NCBI GenBank assembly: GCA_964016885.1
Contig: OZ024743.1
Span: 256,928,001-256,992,000 of the forward strand
Reading direction: 5' to 3'
DNA length: 64,000 bases
Source of the DNA: Eledone cirrhosa
Lineage: Eukaryota
The stretch's first letter is position 1, and the number at the start of each line of letters is the position of its first letter. The translations under genes were made by a program, and so were the position numbers. This document shows, piece by piece, positions 1 to 12,053 of this stretch. The notes below the pieces were generated by a model. The model made no database searches. It saw only the letters and a program-made list of their open reading frames with translations, and was not told where the DNA came from.

Positions 1-389
1 CAAAGCCGACCATTTATTGCTCGTATACAGGAAACTGACTGGCCAGTCTGCCGATATGCAAATCTGGCTGATCAGTGGATCTGCTAATATGCAGATCTGA
101 CTGATTAGCCAGTTTGCTAATATGCTAATTAGGCCGATAAATCACTGTGTATTTTTGAAAATAGCATATATTTTCACTAGCTCTGACAGTTTGGCAGGTG
201 AACAGTGAGCTGTACTGATGAAGGGTGATACCCTGAAACATAAGTGTCCTCAGTTCTGTTCACATGCCAACACAAGAACAAGAATGAACTGTTCATTCTA
301 CTGACATGGCTATAAATTTGAGGCTTGTTTGCATAATTGCAAACAATCGAATGTCATTATTAATATTCGAAAAACTCAGATTACATTTA
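1..389 (+). mobile_element. PLE-type terminal repeat (pLTR) fragment with hammerhead motif
   Basis: Reverse-complement homologue of 35871-36240, which adjoins a PLE-like coding fragment; contains HHR at 207-256; ends in (TA)n. Confidence 0.6.
207..256 (+). ncRNA. Type I hammerhead ribozyme, family A (stem I partly decayed)
   Basis: CTGATGA-agggt(gat)accct-GAAAC-a(taag)t-GTC; the second copy at 36005-36053 supplies an intact stem I (aactgca/tgcagtt). Confidence 0.75.
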
Positions 390-573
390 TTATATATATA
401 TAGAGAGAGAATTAGAATATGGGGTTAACTGATGTGCAGACCACATTATTGTCTGTTGGTTGTGAAGCAGATAAAATGAAGCATAGAATGACCTGTATAA
501 ATGGTGCAAGCCGGAATATTATATATTATTAGAGCGGGGGCCATAATCAATTGATTCAGGTTTATTTAAAACT

Positions 574-631
574 CCGTTATACATATTTCACTGAGGACTA
601 TCAGCTATGATCGTCAGAATTCTTCAGATGG
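574..631 (-). ncRNA. Decayed type I hammerhead ribozyme
   Basis: Minus strand: ccat-CTGAAGA-stem II (ctga/tcag, atca/tgat)-GAAA-tatgta-TA-acgg; two CpG-type reversions restore stem I (ccgt/acgg) and a palindromic stem III. Confidence 0.5.
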
Positions 632-1619
632 CAAAACCTATAAAAACTTGAAACATTAAAAGTTCCTCAAAAATAAAAAAAATCACTAAAATTTGAAAAA
701 TATCCAATACAACACCAGGTATCCGGCTGTCCCCCTGTATCAAGAAAAGAAAATCATTTTCGGGGAAGTTATTGGAATTTTTTCAAATTTAATGGTGTTT
801 TTAAGGAACTTTCAATGTTTTCTAAAAATACAACACTATGGTCCAGGTATAATTTAAGTTACAGCTGACTTTTTACAACTGATTTAACTTATATCCCCCA
901 AGAATGAGATTTTAGTTTAAGTTTCAAATATTTTAATTCTTCTTTGGGTGGATAAATTATTAATATATCTTATCCCTTCATTGAGATGTTTACATATTAG
1001 AGACAGTTAACTTTATAGAGCTATAAATTAATATTGACTGCTCCATCATTGTTGAGCAGATTTAGATGGTTTTGGCTGCTATTTCTATTGTCAATATAAG
1101 CCCATTGTATTGTTCTAATACATTAAGTAGGAAATTTCCATACAATAATAAAGCGGTGTATCACGTTTCAATATGGAGTCTATGGTATGTATTATATATA
1201 TTAAAATTGTCTCCTTGGGTGTAATATATTCCTATAGTAATTCAATGATACAACACCTTGTTCACCCTGCTGTCTAGCAACGAAATGATGTACTTTCAAC
1301 TTGTCCCCTTATTTCTTAGAAGAATTCACCTCCCGATGAAGAGGAATGTAAATTCTATCAATATTGGTTCCAATGTCTTGGAATTCCTGATGTTGTACCT
1401 TGAGCTCCAGAAACCATGGTTGGGGTATTATGTAATTTAAAGTTGACTTTGTTTTAGCTGATTTGGTTTATATCCCACCAAAATGAGATTTTGGCTTAAG
1501 TTTAGAGGAGCTACTGCTACTACTAACTGCAAAAGGCTTTTCCCACAAAATGAATGGCAGACTGTATGATGTGTGCATACGAACATCAATGTTACATGGT
1601 AGGAGACCTGGGCCCTGTG

Positions 1620-2010
1620 TGTAGAAGACTTGTGTAGATTAGAAAGAAACGAAGCTTGCATGCTCCAATGGATGTGTAATAGTAATATATGTGAACGGCA
1701 AAGCATAAACGAATTAAGAGAGAGACTGAGCATAAGAGGAATCAAATGCCTTGTGCAGGAGAGGGGATTGCGCTGGTATGGACATGTGATGCATATGAAG
1801 GATGACAGCTGCATTAAAAGGTGCAGAGCACTAGAAGTCGATGGAAGCCATGGGGTGGGGAGACCGAAGAAGACCTGGGATGAGGTGATAAAAGCCGACC
1901 TTACCCAATTGCACCTCTCAAAGGCGATGACACAGGTCTGTGACCTCTGGCGTCATGCAGTAATACAGAAGAGCCGACCTCCCATCCGTACAAGCTGAAG
2001 CTGAAGCATA
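1620..2010 (+). mobile_element. RTE-clade LINE 3' fragment
   Basis: ORF 1630-1998: RLERNEA..MLQWMC..LRWYGHV..GRPKKTW, similar to the C-terminus of the RTE at 42378-45410. Confidence 0.85.
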
Positions 2011-2029
2011 TAGACAACATGCCCCCACC

Positions 2030-2348
2030 CCCTGCCACTGCAAAGTGGTCGTGGAGGTGCCACAGCAAAAAAGCACTCAGCCCACATTGTAAAGTGGTCG
2101 TGTAGGCGCCACGGAAAAAAGCATCCAGCACTCACTGTAAAGTGGACGCGTAGGCGCCACGGAAAAAAGCACCCAGCACTCACTCTAAATGAGGTTGGTG
2201 TTAGGAAGGGCATCCAGCTGTAGAAATCAAGCCAGAATCAGTTCCTGTATGTGCAAGACAAGGTCAACCGACCGGGCACTGCCCACAACTAGACAACCTG
2301 TCTAACCCATGCTAGCGAGGAAGAATGGACGTAAAACGGTGATGATGA
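2030..2348 (+). mobile_element. SINE 3' portion with RTE-like tail
   Basis: Internal repeats (tgtaaagtgg..ggcgccacggaaaaaagca), ggtgttaggaagggcatccagctgtagaaa, tail aacccatgctagc..ggacgtaaa..(GAT)n; near-identical to 30668-30908. Confidence 0.75.
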
Positions 2349-2367
2349 TATATATATATATATATAT

Positions 2368-2540
2368 AAGTTTATCCTGGGTTCAATCGGGGGTAACCAC
2401 ACTAAGTAAGGTACTCAATACAAAGCAGAGTATAAATATTTAATGTAGAAACGCTTCAAAAGGACTAGAACTGTTTCATTCCGGAGAAACTATTTCTCTG
2501 GAATGAAACAGTCCTGTAGAAGCCTTTCTACATTAAATAT
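2368..2540. mobile_element. HHR family B fold-back fragment
   Basis: Inverted arms 2436-2490/2493-2540 carry GAAACAG..CTGTA-gaagc; tail shared with 6882-7011, 10850-10982 and 29161-29294. Confidence 0.7.
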
Positions 2541-2883
2541 ATATATATATATTTGCGGCGAATGGACAGAGTCGTTAAGACACCTGATAGAATAATTTAT
2601 GGTATTCATCCCACCTCATTGCATGTTGTGACTTCAAATCACATTGGGGTCAACTTTGCATTTCACACTTTCGAGGGCAAAAAAATAAAATTCCAGTCAG
2701 GTACTGGGGTTGATTCTTCCTCTATAGAAAAAATCAGCTGTATATAAAACTAAAGAGGGTTGAACTCCGCCAGGTTTAAAAGTGCCCTAAACATGTTGTT
2801 TGACAGTGCCTCTATGACTCCACAAGGAATTATGGGATGTTTATCGTTTTATATATATATATATATTATAATAATAATAATAA

Positions 2884-3073
2884 GGGCGGTGGATTGGCAG
2901 TATCGGTAGAGGGTCGGACGCCATGCTTTGACGCATAGAGTTACGGCCCTTGCCATTCTGAGTTCAAATCGCGCCGAGGTTAACTTTGCCTTTCATCCTT
3001 ACGGGGTCGATAAAATAAAGTACCAGTAATGTACTGGGTAATTTCTGGCCTTGTGCCAATAGTAGAAACAATT
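2884..3073 (+). mobile_element. tRNA-derived SINE (OR1/Meta-domain-like)
   Basis: A-box-like tggcagtatcgg, B-box gagttcaaatc, central gcctttcatccttacggggtcgataaaataaagtacc; many copies in the window. Confidence 0.85.
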
Positions 3074-3084
3074 ATAATAATAAT

Positions 3085-3275
3085 AATTGTTTCTACTTTT
3101 GGCACAAGGCCAGCAATTATCCCAGTACATTACAGGTACTTTATTTTATCGACCCTGTAAGGATGAAAGGCAAAGTTAACCTCAGCAGGATTTGAACTCA
3201 GATCAGAAAGGGGCGTAACTCTGTGCTGCAAAACATGTTGTCCGACCCTCTACCGATACTGCCAAACCACCACCC
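3085..3275 (-). mobile_element. tRNA-derived SINE (same family, inverted)
   Basis: Reverse complement of 2884-3073, tail-to-tail. Confidence 0.85.
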
Positions 3276-3276
3276 T

Positions 3277-3307
<31 letters not shown>

Positions 3308-3509
3308 TTTCATTTATTAGCCACAATGGCAAGACTAATTTAACAATGAAAATATAAAAATATAAAATAAACTATGCATAAATATAACAAAATAAATTCC
3401 CCGATAGGGGGTGGACGACCCTGGGGTGATTCGGGTACCCCACCAATCCTGAACCACCCTGCGCTTCTAGGGCACCCAGGAGAGCACCCCTCTCCTCAAG
3501 TTAGCCAGC

Positions 3510-6322
3510 CTATAGGCACATAGTCAGAGTAGGCCCATTCACACGAGCCATTCTCGCCACATTCACCCACCTTTTAGCAAATGTACTGGGGGGCAGCACT
3601 TCTCTCTCCACCCTCACCCTCCTTTCCAGCTGAAACTTGAAGAAGTTGATGAGGGATTGGCCGAAGAGAAAAGTGTCTGTCTTTAGTCCTTTCAACCTGG
3701 TCCACCATATAATCTTTTTCGCAACTGCCACCAGACAGAGGAACATTACCTGCTCTTCCTGACCTAAGGAAGGTGGCGGCTCGATCTTCACTATGGACTC
3801 GGCCGATAGCCGGATTCGTTCCACACGCGACAGTAGCTGTTCGACATAAATCCACAAGTCAGTAATGCACGGACATTGGACAAGTGCGTGCAGAACGGTT
3901 TCGTCGTTCTGTGCGCATCTTGGGCAGGTCCGTCTGACAGCACTTCCGTGCCTGTAGAGTTTATCCCGAACCGGCAGTGCCGCCCGGTAGCACTGCCAAG
4001 CGAGGGATTTCTGGAAATTGTCCATCGTCCCCAGCTCAAAAGTCCTCCGGTACAGACTGGTCAGTTCGACTTTGTCGAAGCCCAAAGCTTCTCCGAGTGC
4101 GTCATCGCACTTGCCCACCACTAATCCTCTATAGAACTTGAGAGTGGAAGTTCCACTGATCGCATTGCCCGCTTGGTAGAGGGCAGTGAGTGCCTGGCAA
4201 CATTCCAGGTGCCAGTCACCCAGTCTCGGTCTCTTCTTGACCCAGGACTGCAGCTCAGTCAAAGAAATGAGCTGCGGAAAGGCCCGTCTGATAACGGCGA
4301 CCACACCTGTTCACCATTGAGGCAGATTATCTGGAGATGTCGCAGCCTCAACGCATGTCTGCGCATCATTAGCCATGGCATGCCCAGCCCTCCGCGTAGA
4401 GGGTGCTGGCAGCAGATGGACCGCCTCACCAACGCAACTTGTCCCCTCCACAAGAATTTGAAGAGGAGCCGTTCCAACTTGACGAGGCGCGGACGGCGGC
4501 AAGGCACGACGGTTAGGCGGTAGTAGATGACGGACGCGATGTACGCATTCTCCCCCTCCGCGCAACCTTTCAATGATAGCTTCCTCCCAGCCCATTTTTG
4601 GGTGAGACTGGTTACTCTGCTCGTTACCTCGTCCCAATTCTTTTCCACCTGGAGGTCTGGTCCGAACCAAACCCCGAGCAACTTTACCGGTCCGTCCGTC
4701 CAGCGCCCCACGACGCTGTTGGACGGCATGGGATTGCCTCTCCAGGTTCCGAGCTGCAACCCACCGACTTTTCCGGGTTAAGTTTGGCTCCTGTCAACCT
4801 TTCATATTCCTTCAATAAGGTGCCGACCACCTCTATTTCTGAGGTGTTCGACACCATCACGGTCATGTCGTCCACATAAGCCGACACCGCCCTTCCACGT
4901 CCCGGTTCGAGCGGGATGCCCTGCAACAGCTCCAGCTTCCGCAGTAAAGGCTCGAGAGTCAATACGTACAGAAGGGAAGAGAGAGGGCACCCTTGACGGA
5001 CCGATCGGAAGAGCCGAAATGGTTCCGAGAGGTGACCATTAACCTTGACCACCGAGCGTGTGCCACTGTGCATTGCAACGATCCAGCTTCTAAAGACAGG
5101 GCCGAAGCCAGCTGCTTTGAGGACAAACTCCAGATACCGATGGTCGACCCTATCGAATGCTTTCGATTGATCTAAATTGATCAGTGCCCCACCGAAGCCA
5201 GGTTTACACCCAACCCTCTCTATGATGTATCGCATGAGGTGGAGATTGTCGTGTATGGACCTGGCTGGGATTGCGCCTTAGCTCTGACAATGCAACCTTC
5301 GTGTTTGGCATTGAAGAAATGGTCTAATGCCATTCTCGCCGCTAGCACGTCAGTTGCGATGCCACTACAAATAGCCTCGTCTAACTCATCTACCAGCTCC
5401 CTCTCCTTTCTATTTTTCACTAACGCTAGTTCTTTGCTGAACTCTATCGAAGTTACTCTAATCTCTCTTTTGAGAGCCCCCCACCATCTGTTGTTGATGA
5501 TCCCCCTGTCAACTTTTGCTTAACTAAATTGTTGACTCGGTCCCTGTAAGCCTTACGTGCCGGAAATGACATGTTCAGCTTCCAGTAACCCGGTCCTAAC
5601 CTACGCGTTTTATTTGGGTCGACCGTACAGATCACAAATGTGTGATCTGAATAGGCGACCGTTTTAAAAAGTGGACAGCCCACACTATTTCTATCTATTT
5701 TCCTAATGAAGATCCTGTCTATATACGATCTAGATGACCCCATTCGGTTGGTCCATGTCCATACTGGCACATTGGGGAAATCTAGTCGATACCTGTCAGA
5801 CAGTTGGAACTGGCTGAGTAGGTGCTTGAGGCTTTTGCACCCCCTGCTCCCATCGACTACTCCCACACAATCCCAGTTTGCGTCTAAGATGCCATTCCAG
5901 TCCCCCGCTAACAGTAAAGGGCGAGACGTACCCAGAAAGGTCTCCAGGCGCCTAAAGAAGTCAGGTCGTCCGGCCCCTGTAGGGGCGTAGACGGCCAGCA
6001 GTCTAAAGGCACCACCTTCGCTACTGCTCACATCCAAGACCACCAACTTACCGTCCGGGTCCCGGAAGATCGACCTTACCTCGAGATCCAGTCCTTTCCT
6101 AAACAGCACTGCCACCCCACCCCCTATTCCCGGCCTGCTAACAGATGCGAAGATCTGATAGTCGTCGAAAATGGGGGCTAGTGCGCGCGTGTCGGAAATT
6201 CTGGTCTCGCTTACGGCAATCACATCCATTTCCAGCGACCGGAGGTCGTTGAGCAGGCGACCCTGCTTCCAGGGTGACCCCAGGCCGCGAACATTTAAAC
6301 TTCCTACTTTTAATATGGCCAT
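3510..6322 (-). pseudogene. Tx1 ORF2 (APE endonuclease - RT - zf-RVT), frameshifted
   Basis: SLNVRGL..SET, AGDWN, SYIDRIF, SDH (APE); LDQSKAFDRVDH, VRQGCPLS, AYVDD (RT); CPRC..ETVLHALVQC. Confidence 0.9.
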
Positions 6323-6331
6323 ATTGGTAAG

Positions 6332-6760
6332 CTAAGAGAGAGAGAGGGAAGGTTTACTTACCTCCCGGGTCTTGTGAAGGTCGAGTGGTTCGACCTCCAT
6401 GGTTGGTGGGGTTTCTTTTGGGAACCCCTTTAAAAGTCTTGATGTGGGTTTCACATTCGGGGTTCCCACGTCTTGAGGAAAGCTCTCTCGAATTTCTTTG
6501 AAGGAATTGCGTGACATTCGAACCAGAAGCAAATCTTCTGGCACGCAAAATGTGCTCATTTCAAAAATCTCCCCCTCTGTTTGAATGTCCTCGCTTCGCA
6601 TTAAGAGGGCCATCAGTTTATCGTTGGCCCTTCTGACAACCACGAAGTTTTTAATATTTTGTTGGTGTGGTTTTATTTGTTTTCGTTTTGGTGAAGGTGG
6701 TGGCGATGGTTTTGGTGGTGTTGTTTCGGGTATGTGTATGTTTGTTGTAGGTGTGGTGTC
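6332..6760 (-). pseudogene. Tx1 ORF1 C-terminal fragment
   Basis: Pro/Thr-rich open frame ending in TAG 9 nt before the ORF2 ATG at 6322. Confidence 0.5.
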
Positions 6761-6881
6761 TGCATATTTATGCTTACATATACACTATATATAATTATAA
6801 ACAGGAAAGGTCAGTAATTCATTACCACCTTATTATCATTAAGAAAAATAGCTCAATGTAAATACATCAGATGTTTATCAT

Positions 6882-7011
6882 AAGTTTATCCCGCGGGTTC
6901 AATCGGGGGTAACCACAGGAAGTAAGGTACTCAATAGAAAGCAGAGTATAAATATTTTATATAGAAAGGCTTCTACAGGACTAGAACTGTTTCATTCCAG
7001 AGAAATCATCA
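6882..7011 (-). mobile_element. HHR family B 3' fragment truncated inside the CUGAUGA core
   Basis: Minus: TGATGA-tttctctggaat-GAAACAG-ttctagtc-CTGTA-gaagcc, then the shared tail ending ..ataaactt. Confidence 0.7.
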
Positions 7012-7254
7012 TATATATATGCATATATGCATATAAGAATAGTCAATGTGAAAAAACAGAACAAGGGAACGACAAATGCAATAGCTATATTAGTATAATG
7101 TGTGTATATATGTATATACGGATCCTTAACTTTTGATGGAATCATAGGGTATATTAAACATGATGGATCTCATGTCTTCTCCATGTCTGAACGTGGACGA
7201 TTCTTTCCAGAAAAAGAGAGACAGAGAGGAAGTGAAAAATAGATGTAGAGGAAG

Positions 7255-7410
7255 AATTGATCCCTGTACTAGTCTGGTACCATTTTAGTTACCTCAAAAG
7301 GATAAAAGGCAAAGATGAGCTTGGTGAACTTTGAACTCAGAGTCCGAGATCCAGAATGAATAACACAAAACATTCTATCCAATGTTCTAAGAACTCTGCC
7401 AATTCACTGC
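7255..7410 (-). mobile_element. Diverged tRNA-derived SINE
   Basis: Reverse complement of gagttcaaa..tttgccttttatccttt.. Confidence 0.55.
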
Positions 7411-8496
7411 ATTCATGTGTATGCATACATATGTATATGCAAGTATATGTATGTGGTATTATATACATTTATAGATATGTGTGTGTGTGATGTCTGTATG
7501 TATATGACTGTCGATTATAGTGAGTTGGCAAAGTATCTATATTGCAGAAGCAGTGCTATGTTTTCACTAAATATAAGGATATATCTGTGTTGTATCTTAA
7601 TTAGAAGACAGATACAGGTCATAGTGGTCAAGTAGTGCAGAGGCAGGAGGTGTAATTTTGTGATAGATTGAGATTGCAGGGAAGTGGTTGTGGAATGAAA
7701 GCCTGTCGTGTTGCAATAGTTACATAGAATAAGATCGATAAATGAGTGGAGTAATGTTGATGATAATGGAGAAAATGATGATGATGATGTTTTGAGGTCA
7801 AGAGGACAGAAATTCAGGGTGTTTTAAGTAAAGTAAATGAGATATTAGATACAATAAGAGGTATTATATGGTATGATGAATCAACAAGCTTTAGCAGAGT
7901 TGGGGAAAGAAATAGTCAGACTGCAATGCATTGCACTAAAGGGGTATTTCATAGATTACAATTTGGAGAGCTATCATTTCATCTCCTGGCTATCCGGACA
8001 GATTAGACATTTTGCTGGTTTTTTCTGTTTGTGTTTCCGAACAATTTAGATATTGTAATTGTTAGTGTTGTTATTTTAGTTGATGTAATTGTCATTTTGT
8101 TTTTTTTGTGGTGTTCGTTTTGGATGTTGTTGGCAATTTTTTTATGTTGTTATTGTTGCTATTGAGATCGTTGAGGTTTTTATGTTGTAAATGTCTGATG
8201 TTATTTTGGTGTGGTAGATTTTTTATACTAATGTTGTTGTTTGTTATATTGTATTTTTTGTTGCGGTAGTTTATTATATTGTTATATTTGTTGCAGAGGT
8301 TTGCTATGTTGTAATATTTTATGCTGTTGTTGTTGCTCAATAAATTACATTTCTGCTATTGTAATGATTTCTTGTCTTGTCTAATAGATTCTTTCACTTG
8401 TTCACATGGTTATAGGCCGTGCCTTAAACTACAAATACATACACATACGTAAATATGTGTGATTCTGTGTGTACGTGTGTGAGTATAAAATATATA

Positions 8497-8530
<34 letters not shown>

Positions 8531-8896
8531 ATTTATATATAAATGGATATATAAATGTGAATATATATATATAAATGGATATATATATATCATCATCATT
8601 TTACATCTGCCTTTCATGCTGGCATGGGTAGGATAGTTTATCCATTCACATCCATATACACATACAAGGTTCACACAAATAAACTTATCATCAAACCACA
8701 CTATAATAGATGAAGGTGAAGCAGGGCAGAAACATGAAATATATGTTATATCACCAATTAAATATATATTAATATCTTTCACCAGTTCCTTACCAAGTCT
8801 GGCTACAGTGATTAAATTTTTTTTTAATGTTAGATCAATGAAATTTACTTATTAACAAGTGAAGTGTGTGTGTGTGTATATATGTATATGTATATA

Positions 8897-8977
<81 letters not shown>

Positions 8978-9519
8978 TCCCATCTAACCCATGCTAGCGT
9001 GGAAAACGGACGTTAAACAAAGATGATGATGATGATGATGATATATATATACAGCCCATCCTACTCATGCAAAAGTGTATATTAAACGATGAAGATGATG
9101 ATGATATATTTTTATATATAATACGATATATATATATATGTATATCATACAAAATTCAATAAGACCAAGGTTAATATTATTAAAGAAATCAATATTATTA
9201 TTTATTTATACATCTACGGTCGTTTCAACGTGACTAGACTATTTCATCAATTGTGTAGAAAAAATAGATATTATCACTTGAGGAAATATAATAAAAAACA
9301 ACAATAATTTATTTAAAAGTCATCATACCCATGAAAATATTGAACTATTACACTAATACCTCATATATAATATATATAAAGCGAAACCTACAGTCAGTAG
9401 GCACATCTTAATCAAATAAACACCTCCCTCCCACTACCCCAACTCCCCCAACCCCACCCCCATCAACACCACCCCTTTCTCTGTAAAGTTATGTTGGTAC
9501 CACAATATCCAGTCCTAAA

Positions 9520-9778
9520 TAAATGAGGTCCTGTAGGTGTCAATAAAAAACACACAGTTCACGCTGTAATGTGGCCGTGTAGGTAACACGGTAAAAACCT
9601 CACAGTCCACACTGTAAACGTGGTTGGTGTTAGGAAGGACATCTAGCTGTAGAAAACCTGCCAGACAGTCCCATACGAGCGAGACAACCAATCTTGCCTC
9701 AAGTGGGACAATTCCCGTCTAAACCCATGCTAGCGTGGAAGATAGAAGTTAAACGATGAGGATGATGATGATGATGAT
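9520..9778 (+). mobile_element. SINE 3' portion with RTE-like tail
   Basis: ggtgttaggaaggacatctagctgtagaaa..aacccatgctagcgtggaa..(GAT)n. Confidence 0.7.
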
Positions 9779-9784
9779 ATGTAT

Positions 9785-9891
<107 letters not shown>

Positions 9892-10051
9892 ACTGGTGTT
9901 TCTTGTAAATAGACATTCGTCTCATTCTAACGTCACAAGCCATGTCTCTCCATGTGTGTTTATTTTCATAATTCCGCACGAGGTGAACTAGCCTGCTTTT
10001 AAATTCCCTTTTTGGCATATTTTGGCAGTGAGCTTTTGGTTAGCGCGTAGA

Positions 10052-10132
10052 GCTCTACTGAGGAAAGATTCCTACCATGACTAATCCCACTGAAAAGTTT
10101 CGTGAAATACTCTTTTTAAGACTATATAGAGC
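10052..10132 (+). ncRNA. Putative degenerate type I hammerhead
   Basis: gctcta-CTGAGGA-(weak stem II)-GAAA-ta..tctt/aaga..ta-TA-tagagc; 6-bp stem I. Confidence 0.4.
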
Positions 10133-10374
10133 ATTTGTAGTTTTTCCAAATTGAAGGATGAGTATTTAAACTTTATTTTATTCTGAGTTAAGACACTATT
10201 GGTTTTTTCCCTGGATTTCACAAAATCTGTGGATAAAAACTCTGTCTTGATTTTTTTTAAATTGAGTTTGAATTATTTTCCCACATCTTACGTTAATTAT
10301 TTTCCATTTTGACCTTATAGTCACTTATATATTATGAAATACTGTTGGCTTCTTGCTCACATTAATTTCTATAT

Positions 10375-10403
<29 letters not shown>

Positions 10404-10405
<2 letters not shown>

Positions 10406-10592
10406 ACGAAGGAAATGTGGTAAGGAACCAGGTGGACCATAACGCACCAAAGTACTCAATACTTAGGGTAGTAGAGTGGGTAATAGGAACAAGTAAGACC
10501 CCGACGGCTGAACTCAAGCCGTTTCGACGGCTAATTCCGTACAGAATTAGCCGTCGAAACGGCTTGAGCTCAGCCGTCGGGGTCTTACTTGT
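10404..10592. mobile_element. Fold-back element family C (3' half of an HHR in each arm)
   Basis: About 50-bp inverted arms; GAAAC-ggct-tgagctc-agcc-GTC-ggggtc; homologues at 38411-38592 and 31420-31500. Confidence 0.6.
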
Positions 10593-10614
10593 GCATATAT
10601 ATATATATATATAA

Positions 10615-10833
10615 AAGGAACGATCGACTTTCGTCAAATCGGACCGAGGAAACAATGTTTCCGTTGGTCTTTCCAATTGCTAATACTATCTATCAGTCGC
10701 AACTCCAGGTAGAAGGAGCAACGTGAAATAAAGTGTCTTGCCCAAGGACATAACGCATCGCCTGGTCCAGGAATCGAACTTACAACCTTATGATTGCGAA
10801 TCCAATTCTCTAACCACTCAGCCACACGCCTTC
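10615..10833 (-). mobile_element. tRNA-derived CORE-type SINE (OR2-like)
   Basis: Minus: tggctgagtggtt (A box), gttcgattcc (B box), tgtccttgggcaagacact (CORE-like). Confidence 0.75.
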
Positions 10834-10849
10834 ATATATATATACATAC

Positions 10850-11415
10850 GTTATTCCAAGTTGAATCGGGGGTAACCACAGTAAGTAAGGTACTCAATAC
10901 ATAGCAGAGTATACAAGTTTTAATATAGATGAGATTCTACAGGAATAGAACTGTTTCATTCTTTAGAAATCATCAGGAATCTGGGTATCAAAAAAAAAAT
11001 GGTATTTATAGTCCTCTTCGGGTGGTAGGAGAGGGTAGGGAGTGGGATGGGTAGAGGTCATTGGTTGATAGAAAAGGGAATTCATTAAAAGCTAATTCTT
11101 TAAAGCTATAGTTTATATTTAGAGTAACAAAGGCAGAAAGAATTCTATAAACAAGTTCAGAATGGGGTGCCACTCCTTATTTTTAAGTTTCTCTTGAGCT
11201 AACAATGCCTATATTTCAGGTGTCTATAAGATTGTTGGGGGTCAGTCATGGTTGATGGATTTAAAGAAAAGGGAAATTCTTTAAAAGTTAATTCTTTAAG
11301 GTTCTACTTAGAGTGACAAAGGCCTAGAGAATTCTATAGACCAGTTCAAAATATTGAGTGCCTATCATACCATTATCATCAAGTTTCTCTTAAGCTATAT
11401 TCCAGGTGTCAACAG
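10850..11415 (-). mobile_element. HHR family B element with upstream promoter-like region
   Basis: Complete HHR, family B tail, CCAAT and TATAAA upstream, and an imperfect duplication of about 190 bp (11055-11230/11245-11410). Confidence 0.6.
10932..10982 (-). ncRNA. Type I hammerhead ribozyme, family B
   Basis: agattc-CTGATGA-t ttc(taaa)gaa t-GAAACAG-ttctattc-CTGT-A-gaatct. Confidence 0.8.
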
Positions 11416-11439
11416 ACACATTCACAAACACACATACAA

Positions 11440-11511
<72 letters not shown>

Positions 11512-11575
11512 CATGAGAAGAAAGAAGAATACTGCATGGTTTGCACATGGGTTACATATGATAAAATATACATAT

Positions 11576-11688
<113 letters not shown>

Positions 11689-11866
11689 ATATGTGTTCCT
11701 ACACGCACAAGGCGCTAAGGGACGCATGTATTGTCCAACCAAATGCCAATGTGGTTCAATGGCAGGTTAATAAATTAACGAGGCAGAACAGATATAATCC
11801 AGGTTTAGCAAATAATGAAAAAGTTTCAAAATAAATTTTAAAAAATTGACTTTACCTACTATAGTT

Positions 11867-11949
11867 ACCTTTACCGATCGGTTTCGAATCTCAAAAATAA
11901 ACGGAGACCATACGGCCTTCATTGCAAAGAAAGATTCTCGTCAGAAGGT
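11867..11949 (-). ncRNA. Type I hammerhead ribozyme (488-bp family), inverted-arm copy
   Basis: acctt-CTGACGA-gaatct..agattc-GAAA-ccgatcgg-TA-aaggt. Confidence 0.85.
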
Positions 11950-11973
11950 TCTTTTCATTCGAAGAATATAAAA

Positions 11974-12053
11974 TTCTGACGAGAATCTTTCTTTGCAATG
12001 AAGGCCGTATGGTCTCCGTTTATTTTTGAGATTCGAAACCGATCGGTAAAGGT
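11974..12053 (+). ncRNA. Type I hammerhead (488-bp family), stem I clipped by the inversion junction
   Basis: tt-CTGACGA-gaatct..agattc-GAAA-ccgatcgg-TA-aaggt. Confidence 0.75.

Larger units (their letters stand above)
3278..6765 (-). mobile_element. Tx1/L1-clade LINE, 5'-truncated and internally deleted
   Basis: ORF1 C-terminal part, APE endonuclease, RT and C-terminal zinc finger, 3' UTR and (ATT)n tail. Confidence 0.9.

Noticed and set aside
2884-2975. tRNA gene
   Set aside because: A/B boxes belong to a multi-copy SINE head; no complete cloverleaf
9210-9285. GAAAC-gacc-GTA half hammerhead on the minus strand
   Set aside because: No CUGANGA core or stem I 5' strand; too incomplete to call
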